Part shown: positions 31,874 to 42,539 of the stretch, in pieces
Position numbering within the stretch: position 1 is the stretch's first letter
Layout: the number at the start of each line of letters is the position of its first letter
From: a virus
IMG/VR virus record: IMGVR_UViG_3300037423_000411
Location: 1 to 64,000 of that record
DNA: 64,000 nt
Direction: 5' to 3' (one strand)
Position numbers and translations under genes: made by a program
The notes under the pieces: model-generated
Databases searched by the model: none
Told to the model about the DNA's origin: nothing
Seen by the model: the letters and a program-made list of their open reading frames with translations, nothing else

Positions 31874-32100
31874 TCAACCCCCTGAGCGTGAGCGTGTTGG
31901 GTTCGCTCGATACCCGTGTGGCTCAGGGGGTTGATTCGGAGGCGTCGGGTCAGTGGTTACACGACACGTCTGTGGCCTCCCGTAAAAGGCCCCCGAAGCG
32001 GGGTCATCTTGGGTCTCGACGCAAGTTGGCTTCAGGGAAAAGTTGTGACCTCCTGAGCGGCTTCCTTCTGTGTGAAGCACAACCCGGCTGGCTCAGGAGG
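31874..32100 (-). ncRNA. TIGR-like array, 4 units
   Basis: 31874-31934, 31938-31980, 31991-32037, 32049-32100. Confidence 0.85.
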
Positions 32101-32364
32101 TGGTCCGGTGAATCGGGCAGTCAGGATCTGGCTGACAACGGCATTGTCGCTGTCTGCGCTGCTTCTTCTGCGTCTCGTAGTCCGCGAACGCTGCCGCTCC
32201 GACGACTATCAGCAGTGTCCCTGTGAACAGCACCGCGATCGCCAGCGACCACCCTCCGAAGACGTACTCCAACCCGTTGAAGAGCCCGACACCGATCACG
32301 ACGCTCACGGCACGAAACACCATCCGGCGTCTCATCGTGCTCATCATGACCGTTGAATCGACCC

Positions 32365-32688
32365 TCAGTAGTCCAGCTCGTAGCCTGCTGCTCGTAACAG
32401 TGGCCCTACAGCGTTCACGATGTCCAGCGGGCCAGTCGTAGAGCTGTTCCAGACACTCGCCACTTCGTCCATCATGTCCTGCAGCATGTAGCGTCCCAGC
32501 GCGTGCTTCTGCTCCTTGTTCAGCGCCATGACGGCTTTGTGATTGCCACGCTCGAACACGTTCAGCACCGTCGCTCCCGAATCGTCGTCATCGGCGAACG
32601 GGGTGAACATCAGCTCCTTGTTGCTCAGCAGCGAGCGCAGAACCAGTCCGTCCTCGTCCAGCTGAACCTGCGGCAGTGTCTCCTGCAT
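32365..32688 (-). CDS. hypothetical protein
   Basis: Class I promoter plus ACTCTCAC hairpin and AGGAG upstream. Confidence 0.65.
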   Translation of the reverse strand: MQETLPQVQLDEDGLVLRSLLSNKELMFTPFADDDDSGATVLNVFERGNHKAVMALNKEQKHALGRYMLQDMMDEVASVWNSSTTGPLDIVNAVGPLLRAAGYELDY

Positions 32689-33366
32689 GATCTGTCTCCT
32701 TCAGCGGTGAGAGTCGCTTACAGGGACAGAATGCCAGTCAAGGTTACAGCTGTCAACCCTCAGACAGGCGCGAGCCCCTGAACGCGGCAGGCACGCTAGA
32801 ACACGTCAGGGGCTCGGCGAAGGAAACCTTATCGGGTCCCTGACCGGTTGCAACAACCGGTCTGTCCGACTTTCGTGTTCCAACCTCACGATCGTACAAA
32901 CCCGCAGGTCAGGAGCTTGTAACGACCACCGAAGCGGTTCTGACCCACAAGTAACCAGCCAGTATCGACCGATTCTTGCAGACGCTTGCTACACGCTCAC
33001 GATCGACGGTTCTTCGCCCACGGCTCACGCTTCAAGGCCTCGTAGTAGACCGTCCTCCCGAGCGCGTGTACACGTCCCAGCCGCATCTGATGCCGATAGT
33101 GGTACCACGAGTCCCGAGCCTTCTCCCAACGACTCATGCCTGCCTCCTCCATGTACCGCTACCTCGCGTCATAGGTGCGAGATCGTAGCAACCCCCCAAC
33201 CTAACCGGTCACAGTTCTGTCTCGACTACCGAGCATGGACGAAGAACTCAGCCCCGAACTGCAAGAGGTCGCTGACCTGCTCTGGGAAGCAGCACACGGC
33301 GCTCCACCGCTCGTTGAGGACAAGGTCTGGTGGATGGCTGTGCGTCGAGGCTTGGGAGCGTGAGAA

Positions 33367-33578
33367 CACCCTCTGAGCGACGTCCTATGAGTTGTGTAAG
33401 GAGGCTGGCTCAGAGGGTGCTTGAGGCGAGTCGAGGCGTCTATGGAAGACACTGTTCGGTTGGACTCGCCCCCTCAGACGTGGCGACGGATTTATGTGCC
33501 TAGTCGGCGTATTGGCCTCGCCTGAGGTCTGACGGACCTGAGCGCGAAAGTTTGGCTTCCCGTACGGTATGGCTCAGG
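33367..33578 (-). ncRNA. TIGR-like array, 4 units
   Basis: 33367-33419, 33425-33470, 33473-33526, 33537-33578. Confidence 0.85.
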
Positions 33579-35068
33579 CCCTGCTTGAGCTCCCTTCAGG
33601 CAATGGATCTATGGTCCTCGCTTGGCGACTGGCCCGAAGGGAAGTTCTGTCCTCGCTGCGGGGAAAACCTGGTGCCCCGTCAACGCATCACTCATGGCAG
33701 CGAGGAAGCTTGGTTCCCGCAGACGAAAAACATCCTGGGTATCGGCAGGACTTGGTCTGCGGGAAGTCTCTAGTGCGTCTTACCCCACTGACGCAGCTTC
33801 TCAAGCATCGTAGGGTGTGTCAGCACGTCGTGCACGTAGGTCGCCTTCAGGTGCAGCCTCTCGGACTCAGGCAGGTTCCCCAGCCCTGGCATCCCCGGCG
33901 CGATCTCCTGCTCGAAGTACTTGCGCGCCAGCTCCTTGTCCACCGCAAGCGCACCGAGCGCAGCTTGCGTCGTCCCGTAGTGCACGCCCTTGTTGAACGC
34001 CCACATCCAGCACTCGCGCATCTCTTCGCCGAACGTGTCCTGCCGATCGAACTGCTGCTTGGCCTCTTCCTCCATCTCGAAGAACTCGTCCAGGTTCACC
34101 TGTTACCTCCTCTCCCACGCGTTGGTCGCGAAGCAGTCGGCACACGGCTTGGCCTGCGTACAGTACGGCAACGGCAGCATGATGAGGAACAGCCTGACGA
34201 GCACGTAGACCTTGCCTCGGTACGTGATCATGCCAACCCCTTCCTACGCCGGTTGTGCAGCTCCGCGATCGCGTACGCACGTGCCTTGTCCTGCCCCATC
34301 CCGATGCTGACGTAGCCGTCCTTGTAGTCCTTCCCCCAGCCGAGCGCGATGCACTCGTTCAGCGTCAGGTCCGCAGGATCGATCTCTGTCATCGCTCACC
34401 CCCGTCAGGCTCGGTCTTGTCTTGCACACGCGCTCGTAGCGTCTGTACGACGTACCTAGCGCCTTTCGGCAGTGCGTTAGGCCCGAAAGTTCTTTCCCGA
34501 GGCTGTATATCAAAATGCCTCTGGAGACGATCACGCAAACGGCCCTCTCCCGAAGCGTCAGAGGTCACTTCATGCCTGGTCATGTCAGCTCTTCTCCTTC
34601 CGTGCTCTACGTGCCTGCAGGTACTTCGTGATCCCTTGCCCTCGGTGCTTGAACTGCCAGGCGCAATACAGCGTCATCAGCGACGCGAGGTTGAACCCTA
34701 CGAAGTTCATCGGGTGATCGGGGAAGTACCTCGGCCCTACCGTGAACGCACCCTGTATCAGCGCTCCGACCGTCGCCATGACCCCGTAGAGGATTCTCAT
34801 CGGTACCTCCACTTGCACAGCACGATCGTCGGCCGCTTCAGGCACATGTCTTCCACCGGCTTGTACGGCTCCCACGACAGACCTCCCAACCACGCAGGCC
34901 TGCCACCCAGCATCCGCGTGCCCTTCGGAAGTACACCCCACGTCCGCGACCACTTCGTACCGAGCACCGTGATCGCGTGACCCCCTACGAACCGACTGTG
35001 CTTCTTGATCCGTACCGGGAGGCGTTTCTGTCCTGGTTTCAGGCTCTCCTGCCACAGCTTCAGCCTTG

Positions 35069-35662
35069 TCACCATGTACACGCCCCCCACATTCCCAGAC
35101 TGTCCTTGTCGGCCTTGCTCTGCGCGTCTCTGTAGGCCTGCTGCTGCGCGTAGGGCTTGTCGTAGGTGTACTCCTTCGCATACCCCCACTGAACCGCCCA
35201 TAGACCCCAGTCCATGCCTCCGCTGATGTCTCCCGGCCGGAACAAGATGTAGGCCAGCGTCCGCCCGTACTTGTCGACCGGAGCTTGTGACGTGTCCTGC
35301 ACGATCTGGATTGCCTCGTCGTGCGGCATCAGGCGCTCGGCTTCGGCCTTCGCTCGATCGGCGTAGCACTCGGCAGGATGCCTGCCTCTGGCAAGTTCCG
35401 GTGTGTCGATACCGATCTGACGAATCGTGATCACGCCTCGGCCTTCACAGTTCGCCTTCACCGTGTCTCCGTCGATGACACGATCTACCAGACAGTTCTT
35501 CCTGCGTGGCGGGCTGACCTTCTTCTGTCCCGGCGTAGTGCGCGAGTTGTGCGCTGCTTCTTGTGCAGGATCCGACCGCAGTGCGGTCATGATGGTTGTC
35601 GCCAGCAACGACCCCACCAAGAGACCTACCGAACCTGCCAGAGACCACTTCGGAACACTCAC
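35069..35662 (-). CDS. thermonuclease (SNase) family protein, membrane-anchored
   Basis: VDRVIDGDTV, IRQIGIDTPE, DKYGRTLAY. Confidence 0.9.
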   Translation of the reverse strand: MSVPKWSLAGSVGLLVGSLLATTIMTALRSDPAQEAAHNSRTTPGQKKVSPPRRKNCLVDRVIDGDTVKANCEGRGVITIRQIGIDTPELARGRHPAECYADRAKAEAERLMPHDEAIQIVQDTSQAPVDKYGRTLAYILFRPGDISGGMDWGLWAVQWGYAKEYTYDKPYAQQQAYRDAQSKADKDSLGMWGACTW

Positions 35663-36330
35663 GTCTTGTCTCCTGACAAGATCCTGAAGCGCGTTGTGTA
35701 GGCGATCCTGCCATCTTTCAGGTCCTCGATCTCGACCCCTGCCATGACCTTGTCGAGCACGGTTTCCCACGCAGGAGTCAGCTGTGAACGATCGATGTCG
35801 GCAGAGCACACGGCAAGCATCGTGAACGCGATTGCCGCCTCGTAGTTCGTGAGCGTGATCTGATCCTTGCTCATTCACGTGTTCCTGTTCCGTAGCTCTC
35901 GGACATTCAGCGTGTGCTTCGCCAGCGCCAGTTCGTCAGACAGGTCCTTGAAGCGCTCAGCGGCACTCAGAACCACTTTCTCCGCACGTGTGCGCTGTGC
36001 CTGCAACGACACGATCTTGCGTGCCAGAGCAGCGTCTGAGAGCTTCTCGTAGTCGGTCACAGCTGCACCGGCTTGATCGTGTCTTCGCGCTCACTGCCGA
36101 CCCGCACCCAGTTCGCCTCGGGGAACCCGTCCACGTGGATGGCGTGGTGCTTGTACTCGTACGGCTGAATGACCCCAGCGTAGGTGCCTTCGTAGGTCTT
36201 GCCGTCCTCGGCCGTGAAGGTCACTCGCTGACCGTTGTGGAACGTCATTTCCGCCTCCGATGGGGTGAGAGTCCCGCTTACAGGTCCATAGTGCCGTATC
36301 AAGGTTACAGGTGTCAACCGATACACGCGC

Positions 36331-36387
36331 GAAGCCTCCGAGCGGAGGGTTATGGGTTCGTACCCTGCGGAGTGGCTCGGAGGCTTC
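36331..36387 (-). ncRNA. single TIGR-like unit
   Basis: GAAGCCTCCGAG-CCA-N17-CCA-TAACCCTC-CG-CTCGGAGGCTTC. Confidence 0.75.
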
Positions 36388-36479
36388 TTCTGGCGGTTCC
36401 GCGTCCTTATCAAGACGGACGTAATCGGCACAACGTCCGGTCGCGGATCTCTTACCTAGCTGTCTGACCCAGGATCTGA

Positions 36480-37172
36480 TTACTTCGCGTGCCACCAACG
36501 GCCTTGTGACGTCCCGGTGCTCAGCAGGTACTCCCACTTGAACGACCCGTCAGGCAGTTGCTTGAGTCGCTTGTCGACCACGTGGCTACCGTCGATGGTG
36601 TCGGACTCGATCGGCTTCGGATGCAGCTTGTTCGGGCGCTTGGTGCTGTACTTCACGACCTTGCCCTCAAGCGTCATCGACTGGCCCTGAGAGGCGCTCT
36701 GCGAGGTCTTCGCCTGTGCCGAGGTGTGCTGACTCAGCTTCTCCTTCAAGGCCCTCTGTGCCTCACCCTGAGCCTGTGCGTCCGCACCTTCGTGTGCGGG
36801 GTTCAGCTGGTGCTCGGTGTGCAGCAGGGACGACGACTTGCCGGTGTCGTAGTTCTTCACTGCGAACGACCACTCGTGCTTCCCGCTCGCGTAACGCGTC
36901 AGCGTGCGGTCACGCACAATCCAGAGCTTCTTGCCGTTGCCTTTCACGACCGTGTCCCCGACAGCGAACTTCGGCTTGGGGTGCGCAGGGTTGCTCGGAT
37001 CGTAGGGCACGTTGTCCTGATACCCGCCCTGTGCTGCGTGACCTGGCTTGTGCGGCATACCAGGCGTACCTGTGCGCTCGTGCGCCGACACGTGTGTCCC
37101 GTCCTTCTTCGTGTAGGCCTTAACGTGCTCTACGGCACTCAGCGCGACCAGCCGGTCAACGTGTTCTCCCAT
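36480..37172 (-). CDS. basic protein, candidate virion internal protein
   Basis: VKAYTKKDGTHVSAHER motif; N-terminus MGEHVDRLVALS similar to 16845-17090. Confidence 0.65.
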   Translation of the reverse strand: MGEHVDRLVALSAVEHVKAYTKKDGTHVSAHERTGTPGMPHKPGHAAQGGYQDNVPYDPSNPAHPKPKFAVGDTVVKGNGKKLWIVRDRTLTRYASGKHEWSFAVKNYDTGKSSSLLHTEHQLNPAHEGADAQAQGEAQRALKEKLSQHTSAQAKTSQSASQGQSMTLEGKVVKYSTKRPNKLHPKPIESDTIDGSHVVDKRLKQLPDGSFKWEYLLSTGTSQGRWWHAK

Positions 37173-37200
37173 GGCTTGAGGATCGTCCTCCTATGACGAA

Positions 37201-37258
37201 TCCCGCTCCGAGCTTCGCGACATTGGGGATGACGCTTGTTGGATGGCTCGGAGCGGGA
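37201..37258 (-). ncRNA. single TIGR-like unit
   Basis: TCCCGCTCCGAG-CCA-TCCAACAAG-CG-TCATCC-CCA-N10-GCTCGGAGCGGGA. Confidence 0.75.
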
Positions 37259-37582
37259 CGATCTGGATTCAGTTCAGCTTGGCGGTCTCGCGTGCGACGA
37301 TCTCGCCTGCCTTCTTCACGCCGTCCGCACGCTTCGCGAACTCGTGCACGTCGCCCCGAGTCTCGCTGGCCCAGTCGTTGACCAGATACTTGTTCCCTGT
37401 CAGTTCGACGTAGGGCTTCGGCATCGTCACCAGAACCGCGACGGTCTTGCCGTTGACGCTGAAGTGCTGCACGGTGCGCCCGTACTTGTCGCGAGTCTTG
37501 TACTGAGTGACGGTCGCGTTCATTTGGTGCCTCCGAGGTGAGAGTCTCGATCTGCCCTTGCGAGTTCTATAGTGCCGTACTG

Positions 37583-37598
37583 GGTTACAGCTGTCAAC
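37583..37598 (-). promoter_or_regulatory. class I promoter: TTGACA -35 inside a 16-bp quasi-palindrome (representative of about 14 copies)
   Basis: GTTGACAGCTGTAACC; copies start at 9456, 16796, 21077, 23160, 28141, 31863, 32742, 36303, 37583, 38774, 41350, 48990, 53271, 57551, nearly all with an NANNNT -10 at 17-18 bp. Confidence 0.85.
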
Positions 37599-38190
37599 CC
37601 TTCGAGGCGTATAACCAGCTGCCCCCGCTGTCGGCCTGCGTCTTGCCGGACAGAACATCGCTCACGGTTCCACGCACTCCCTTGGCAGGACCCTTCCAGC
37701 CATCGGCCTTGAAGATCTGACCCCACCGATCCACGAAGCAGTACACCGAGGACCCCAGAGCAGCGTCTGAACCCTCAGGTGTCAGTTCCTGCTGAACGAT
37801 GCGCTGGTACGTGCGGCCTCCCTTGCTCACGTAGAACCGGTGCTTGTAGGGCCACTTCTTGTCGGCGTCCTGATCGGTCAGGAACTGAGCCAACGCTTCG
37901 GCAGGATTGGCCTCGGCCCACGCCTTCTGCGTCTCCGCGTAGTGCTCGGGGTTGTTCTGCTCCAACGTCGTTGTGAACTGCGGGACGCCTGGCACGTGGT
38001 TCGGCACGAAGTCTTCCGGCTTCGGGGAACCGTACTGCCCATCGCTGCTACCTACGTGACCGATCTGCTCTTCGACCTTCTCGATGACGACGTAACTCGT
38101 GCCGTGCAACATCTCTTCTGCGATGGCGACCTTGGCGTCTTCGGTCAGGTGTGCGAGGACCTGCAGACCGTACTTCTCCAGCGTGTTCAT
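37594..38190 (-). CDS. hypothetical protein
   Basis: CTCTCAC-GAGGAGG upstream; C-terminal SVYCFVDRWGQIFKADGWKGPAKGVRG motif. Confidence 0.65.
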   Translation of the reverse strand: MNTLEKYGLQVLAHLTEDAKVAIAEEMLHGTSYVVIEKVEEQIGHVGSSDGQYGSPKPEDFVPNHVPGVPQFTTTLEQNNPEHYAETQKAWAEANPAEALAQFLTDQDADKKWPYKHRFYVSKGGRTYQRIVQQELTPEGSDAALGSSVYCFVDRWGQIFKADGWKGPAKGVRGTVSDVLSGKTQADSGGSWLYASKG

Positions 38191-40778
38191 GATGTTTGCC
38201 TCCTCGTGAGAGAGATCTGATTCAGTACGCCTGAGCTTCGACGGCTGCTTTGACCAGCGTCTGCAGGGCCGCATCTACGATCTTCGGATCTGATCCCTTG
38301 GCGCCCGACAGGGCATACAGCGAACGACGCCCCAGGAACCCGTCAGAGCCCGCGTAGCGGTATTCCAAACCGAACTGTGCGGCGTAGTCGACCATTCCGA
38401 CAACCTCGTGCTGACGAACCGAGATCGTGACCACAACCGGCTTACCTTCGAAGGTGGCTACGTGCACGACTCTCATCGGTTCGCACGCTCTTCCTGAGCC
38501 TTGTGCAGTTCGGCCATCTTCTGCTGCAGCTGGTCGGTCATCGCGTCGCACGCGTTCTTGACCTCTTCGGCGGCCTTGGTCCAGGAGGCTTGCACATCCT
38601 GAGCAACCAGCTCCTGGTCGGCCTTTCGGCCACGAGCGGCCAGTTGAGCATCCGTCTCGGTCAACCGACGCCACCTGACGATGTCACGCCTGCGGTCGCT
38701 TGCTTTGCTCATGATTGCCTCTTTCGGGGTGAGAGACCCGTTGTTGCCCTGACTTCTTCAGGATGCCTCATTGGGTTACAGGTGTCAACCCTTAGACATG
38801 CTTGAATCGAGATCACCTGAGATTCGGTGTCTCGATCTGATGTTTCGGAGGCTTCGTCTCGCGGTGCCTGAAGTCGGTCTGTCCGTCTTGTGCGATGCGA
38901 TCTGATGTGCAAAGGCATGCCTAGAGGGGCTTGTCTGCCGACTGAATATGGCCTTGCACGAGCCTGTATGAAGTTGCCTTGAGTCCCCGCCTGTTCGGCC
39001 TTGATCTGCGGTACTTCTGAGCCTGAAAGTTGCCTCGGAAGGCTGTGGCGTCAGTTCTTTCGCGCTTGATCTGGCGTACTAAGTGCCCGACTGATCAGAA
39101 GCTTACCGCACGCGAGGTGATCCTGTGTAGAGGCGTCTCGTGTGGCGTGCGGTAAGTGCTCTGACCTGCAGGTTTGTCTCTCTCGCGTGGTGCATTGGTG
39201 TGTACGGAGGAGGTATGGCGAGAGGACGGATCTGAACTCACGCGGTGTGCATTGGGGTGTCTTGATCACGGATGGCGTGAGTGTGACTCGTTTTCTCTCA
39301 GAGTGACTCGTGAGGATCTCAGGAGGGGGTTTTTACGCTCAGCGGACCTTTCGGCCTCTCTTGTCCACATGCCTGCTTACTTCATGTGTGAACACTGCCT
39401 GATCGAGTTGAGCCTGATCTACCTGTGTGACCTTGAGGACTGGTTCGTGTCCTCTCTTCGCTACCAGCTTTGCGCCTAGTGCTAATCGTGCTTTGACTTG
39501 CTTGTGATAGTTCTCCGACTTCTTGTTCATCGTTGATTCCTTCCTGTGTGTTGACGGTTGTCACTCTCGTTTGAGTGAGAATGGCTTTTGGTAGTCACTT
39601 GATTATGAGAGTGACTGTCATGTTTTTCTCTACGGGTGTAGAGGGTTCGATCTGACTGCTTCGATGTTCGAGTTGATGAGTCGGCTGAGGTAGGTCCCTG
39701 CCTCCTGATACGAGTTTTCCCTGATGGCGAGCAAGAAACCCTGCAGCAGAGGGAGAGCTTCGTACGCGTTCAAGGTGGTGCGCAGTTGAAGCTGTACGGT
39801 GAGATCTACTGTCTGTTTCATCGTGAGGTGTGAGCACAGAGCGAGATCCTGTGCGGCGAGTGCCCAGCTGTAGTTCTCTTGAGGCATCCCCTGTGTAGCT
39901 GTCACTCCCCGAGCTTCCTTTCGAGATACTCCCTGAGCGTTGCTACCTGCCCTGCAGGGAGGTTCGGAGCGACTCTGTGCAGCCTGATCCAGTCGTAGTG
40001 CTGACCTGTCCTGATGATCGCGTGAGAGCCGCATGAGCAGTGTGCGCGTCTGAGATCTGTTCTCAGGATGTCGAGCCTGAGCAAGTTGTGCTCAAGTACG
40101 TGATCTGCTCGGTAGGGCTGCCTCATCTTCAGTACGTCCCTAGTGCGTCTTCGATGTCCTTGATGCCTTCGACCGTGTAGGTGGTGCCGTCAGCACAGAT
40201 CACCATCCAACGATCTGTGCTCTCGTAAATCGCCTTGTAGAACACTTGGCTTGTGAGATCCCACGAGTCGGTGAACCCGAGATCACTCAAGACTCTGCGC
40301 TGCTCAGGCGTGAAAGTGCTGTTGGACAGGCTCACTGCTTCTCCCACTGGTACGGGTAGGCATCGTGCATCATCCCCATGACGTCCTTGAAGCATCCACA
40401 GCACAAGTAGGCCGTGAGTGGGTGGAACGGGATATCGGTGGTCTCCTCGATCTTGTGAGCGGCTGGTGCGTTACAGCTGTTGCACCTCTCCTCACGCGCC
40501 CAGACAGGGAAAGGATGGTCTGCACGATCGTCGGTGATCATCTCGGGCTGCATGAGCTTGGCCCTGCTGATCAGGATGCTGTCGAGCAGAGGTGAGCCGG
40601 TGATGCTTGGCTTGGGTTGATCTGTCATCTCTGCAGCTCCCTGTTCGCCTTCTCCAGCGCTTTGTCGACCTGACTGAACCCACCCGCTTGTAACCCTCCA
40701 CAGCGACCACCAGAGCCCGTAGAAGCTGTCTGTAGTCCGCACCTGGTTCCCAGTCGTTGGTCATGCTCTACGTACGGC

Positions 40779-40807
40779 AAAACCCCCGAGGTTCGATCGG
40801 GGGTTTT
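40779..40807 (-). terminator. intrinsic terminator-like hairpin overlapping a class II promoter
   Basis: AAAACCCCCGA-TCGAACC-TCGGGGGTTTT. Confidence 0.7.
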
Positions 40808-41300
40808 GAGATGGTCAGTACTTCGGCTGAACGGTGACAGTACGTCCTGCCTCACCGTTCGCGAACAGATCGGCCATGCCGTACTGGTCGGTCATGATCT
40901 CGTAGTGCAGTCCTGCGTTACGCGAAGGCGTGTACGCACGGATGAACTCTCCGGTGTAGGTATGCCCGTTGCCTGCGATGAACGCGACGCGAGCGCCCTT
41001 ACGGAAGCGCGGAGGCTTCGGACTGGTGCCTCGATGAGTGATGGTTGCCATGATCTGTCTCCTTTGAAGCGGTGAGAGTCACTTCTCGCAAGTGCTGTTG
41101 ATGATCGGGCCGTATTCCCACTTGGTGGTACCAGGGGTGTAGCGGTAGCCGTAGGTGGTCGTGGTGACTGTGTGACCGCCACTGGCCTTGCACGCGTTGT
41201 CGCTCTTGACCGCGAACACCACGCACACGCCGATCAGCGCGACACAGGCCACGATTCCTGCGATGAAGATCTTGGTGAACCAGTCCATTTTCCTGCCCCT

Positions 41301-41316
41301 AGCGGTGAGAGTCGCT
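41301..41316 (-). promoter_or_regulatory. start-associated ACTCTCAC hairpin (representative of about 18 copies)
   Basis: AGCG-ACTCTCAC-CGCT just 5' of the RBS; stems covary between copies. Confidence 0.8.
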
Positions 41317-42539
41317 GTCTTGCCCTTACCTCTCTATAGTGCCTGAGTAGTTGTCAACTGTCAACCCCCTACAGCCAACCAACTTCGGCCTCGTGAATGT
41401 CCAGCCAGCCGATGTACTCACCCTCGCGACTGAGGATGGTGAGGTTGCCTATCTGGTTCTTCACCAGACGTGCCTCAGGCTGTGCGTCCACGATCTCCTG
41501 TAGTGCCCTGATGAGTGCCTGAGGCTCACCGTAGAAGTACCTGTCAACAGGATCTCTCATACGGCCTCCTCACTCCTGATGACCTCGGCCTCCTTGATCT
41601 CGGACACCGAGGTAGGCAACCAATCTGTCTTCTGCGGGATGTTGGCGATAGCCCACCGACCGCCCGGCCGGTTCAGCTCTTCCTGCACCGACTGACCTGT
41701 CACCTCGACATCATCAGGCAGCACAAGCACGATGTCTGCAAACTCGACGCGCTGTGCTCGCACACGTAGCTTCACTTCAGTTCCACCCTCACATTGACCT
41801 GCCACACAATCGAGTCATCCTCGCGAGTGTGGTGCTGATATGCCTTCCCGTACACGTACACAAGCTGTTGTGAGTCGACCGCGAAGAATGCTTCGGCGGC
41901 CTGGTGCGCGTATGCCTCGATCTCGGATATCGACTGTCCGAGAGCCGCGAACTCGATGCTGTTGATGCTCATCATCAGAAACACCCGTTGTACTTCGCCA
42001 TGACAGCCGCGCGCTGATCAATCGAAAGAGGCGTCATGAAGTCGGCCACTACCTGTGCTCGTTGCATCGCGAGATCGGAGTACCAAGAACCGCCAGGCCC
42101 GTTGTAGGGCTTCCATTCGACCTCGACATTGTTGTCCTCGACTTGCACATGCAACGGGCCACCAGTGCCACAACCCTCAGTCGCGTACAGCAGGTCGATC
42201 GCATCCATGATCTCGCGTGCATTGTCAGGGAGATTGGTAGGTGCGCCGTACTCCTCTTTCCAGCATCCACAGCACATCAGTCAGGCAGCTTTCGGCTCTT
42301 GGCCTGCTGCCAGATCGCGGCAAGCCTCGACACGGTGTCCTGTGTGTCGCGCAGTCGGTCGTACTCCTCAGGCGTGAGCAGTGGCCTCGAATCGGCAAGG
42401 TCCATCACCGTGGCGAGTGCGTGTGCGTAGCTCCACAGCCCGCTCACAGCGAAGAGATCTGATTCCTTGATCACGAAGTACGTGCCTGGTGCGAGGATCT
42501 CACCATTCGCCTTCTTGACGACGTACTTCTCTTCGACTG

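Noticed and set aside
32771-32816. Additional TIGR-like unit
   Set aside because: It has a similar CCCCTGA stem but no CCA boxes in the loop
33537-33578. Guide unit self-targeting class II promoters (spacer contains CCGTACG)
   Set aside because: The second spacer does not give a contiguous match to any promoter copy I inspected; a 7-nt match can arise by chance. A full computational self-target search is still needed
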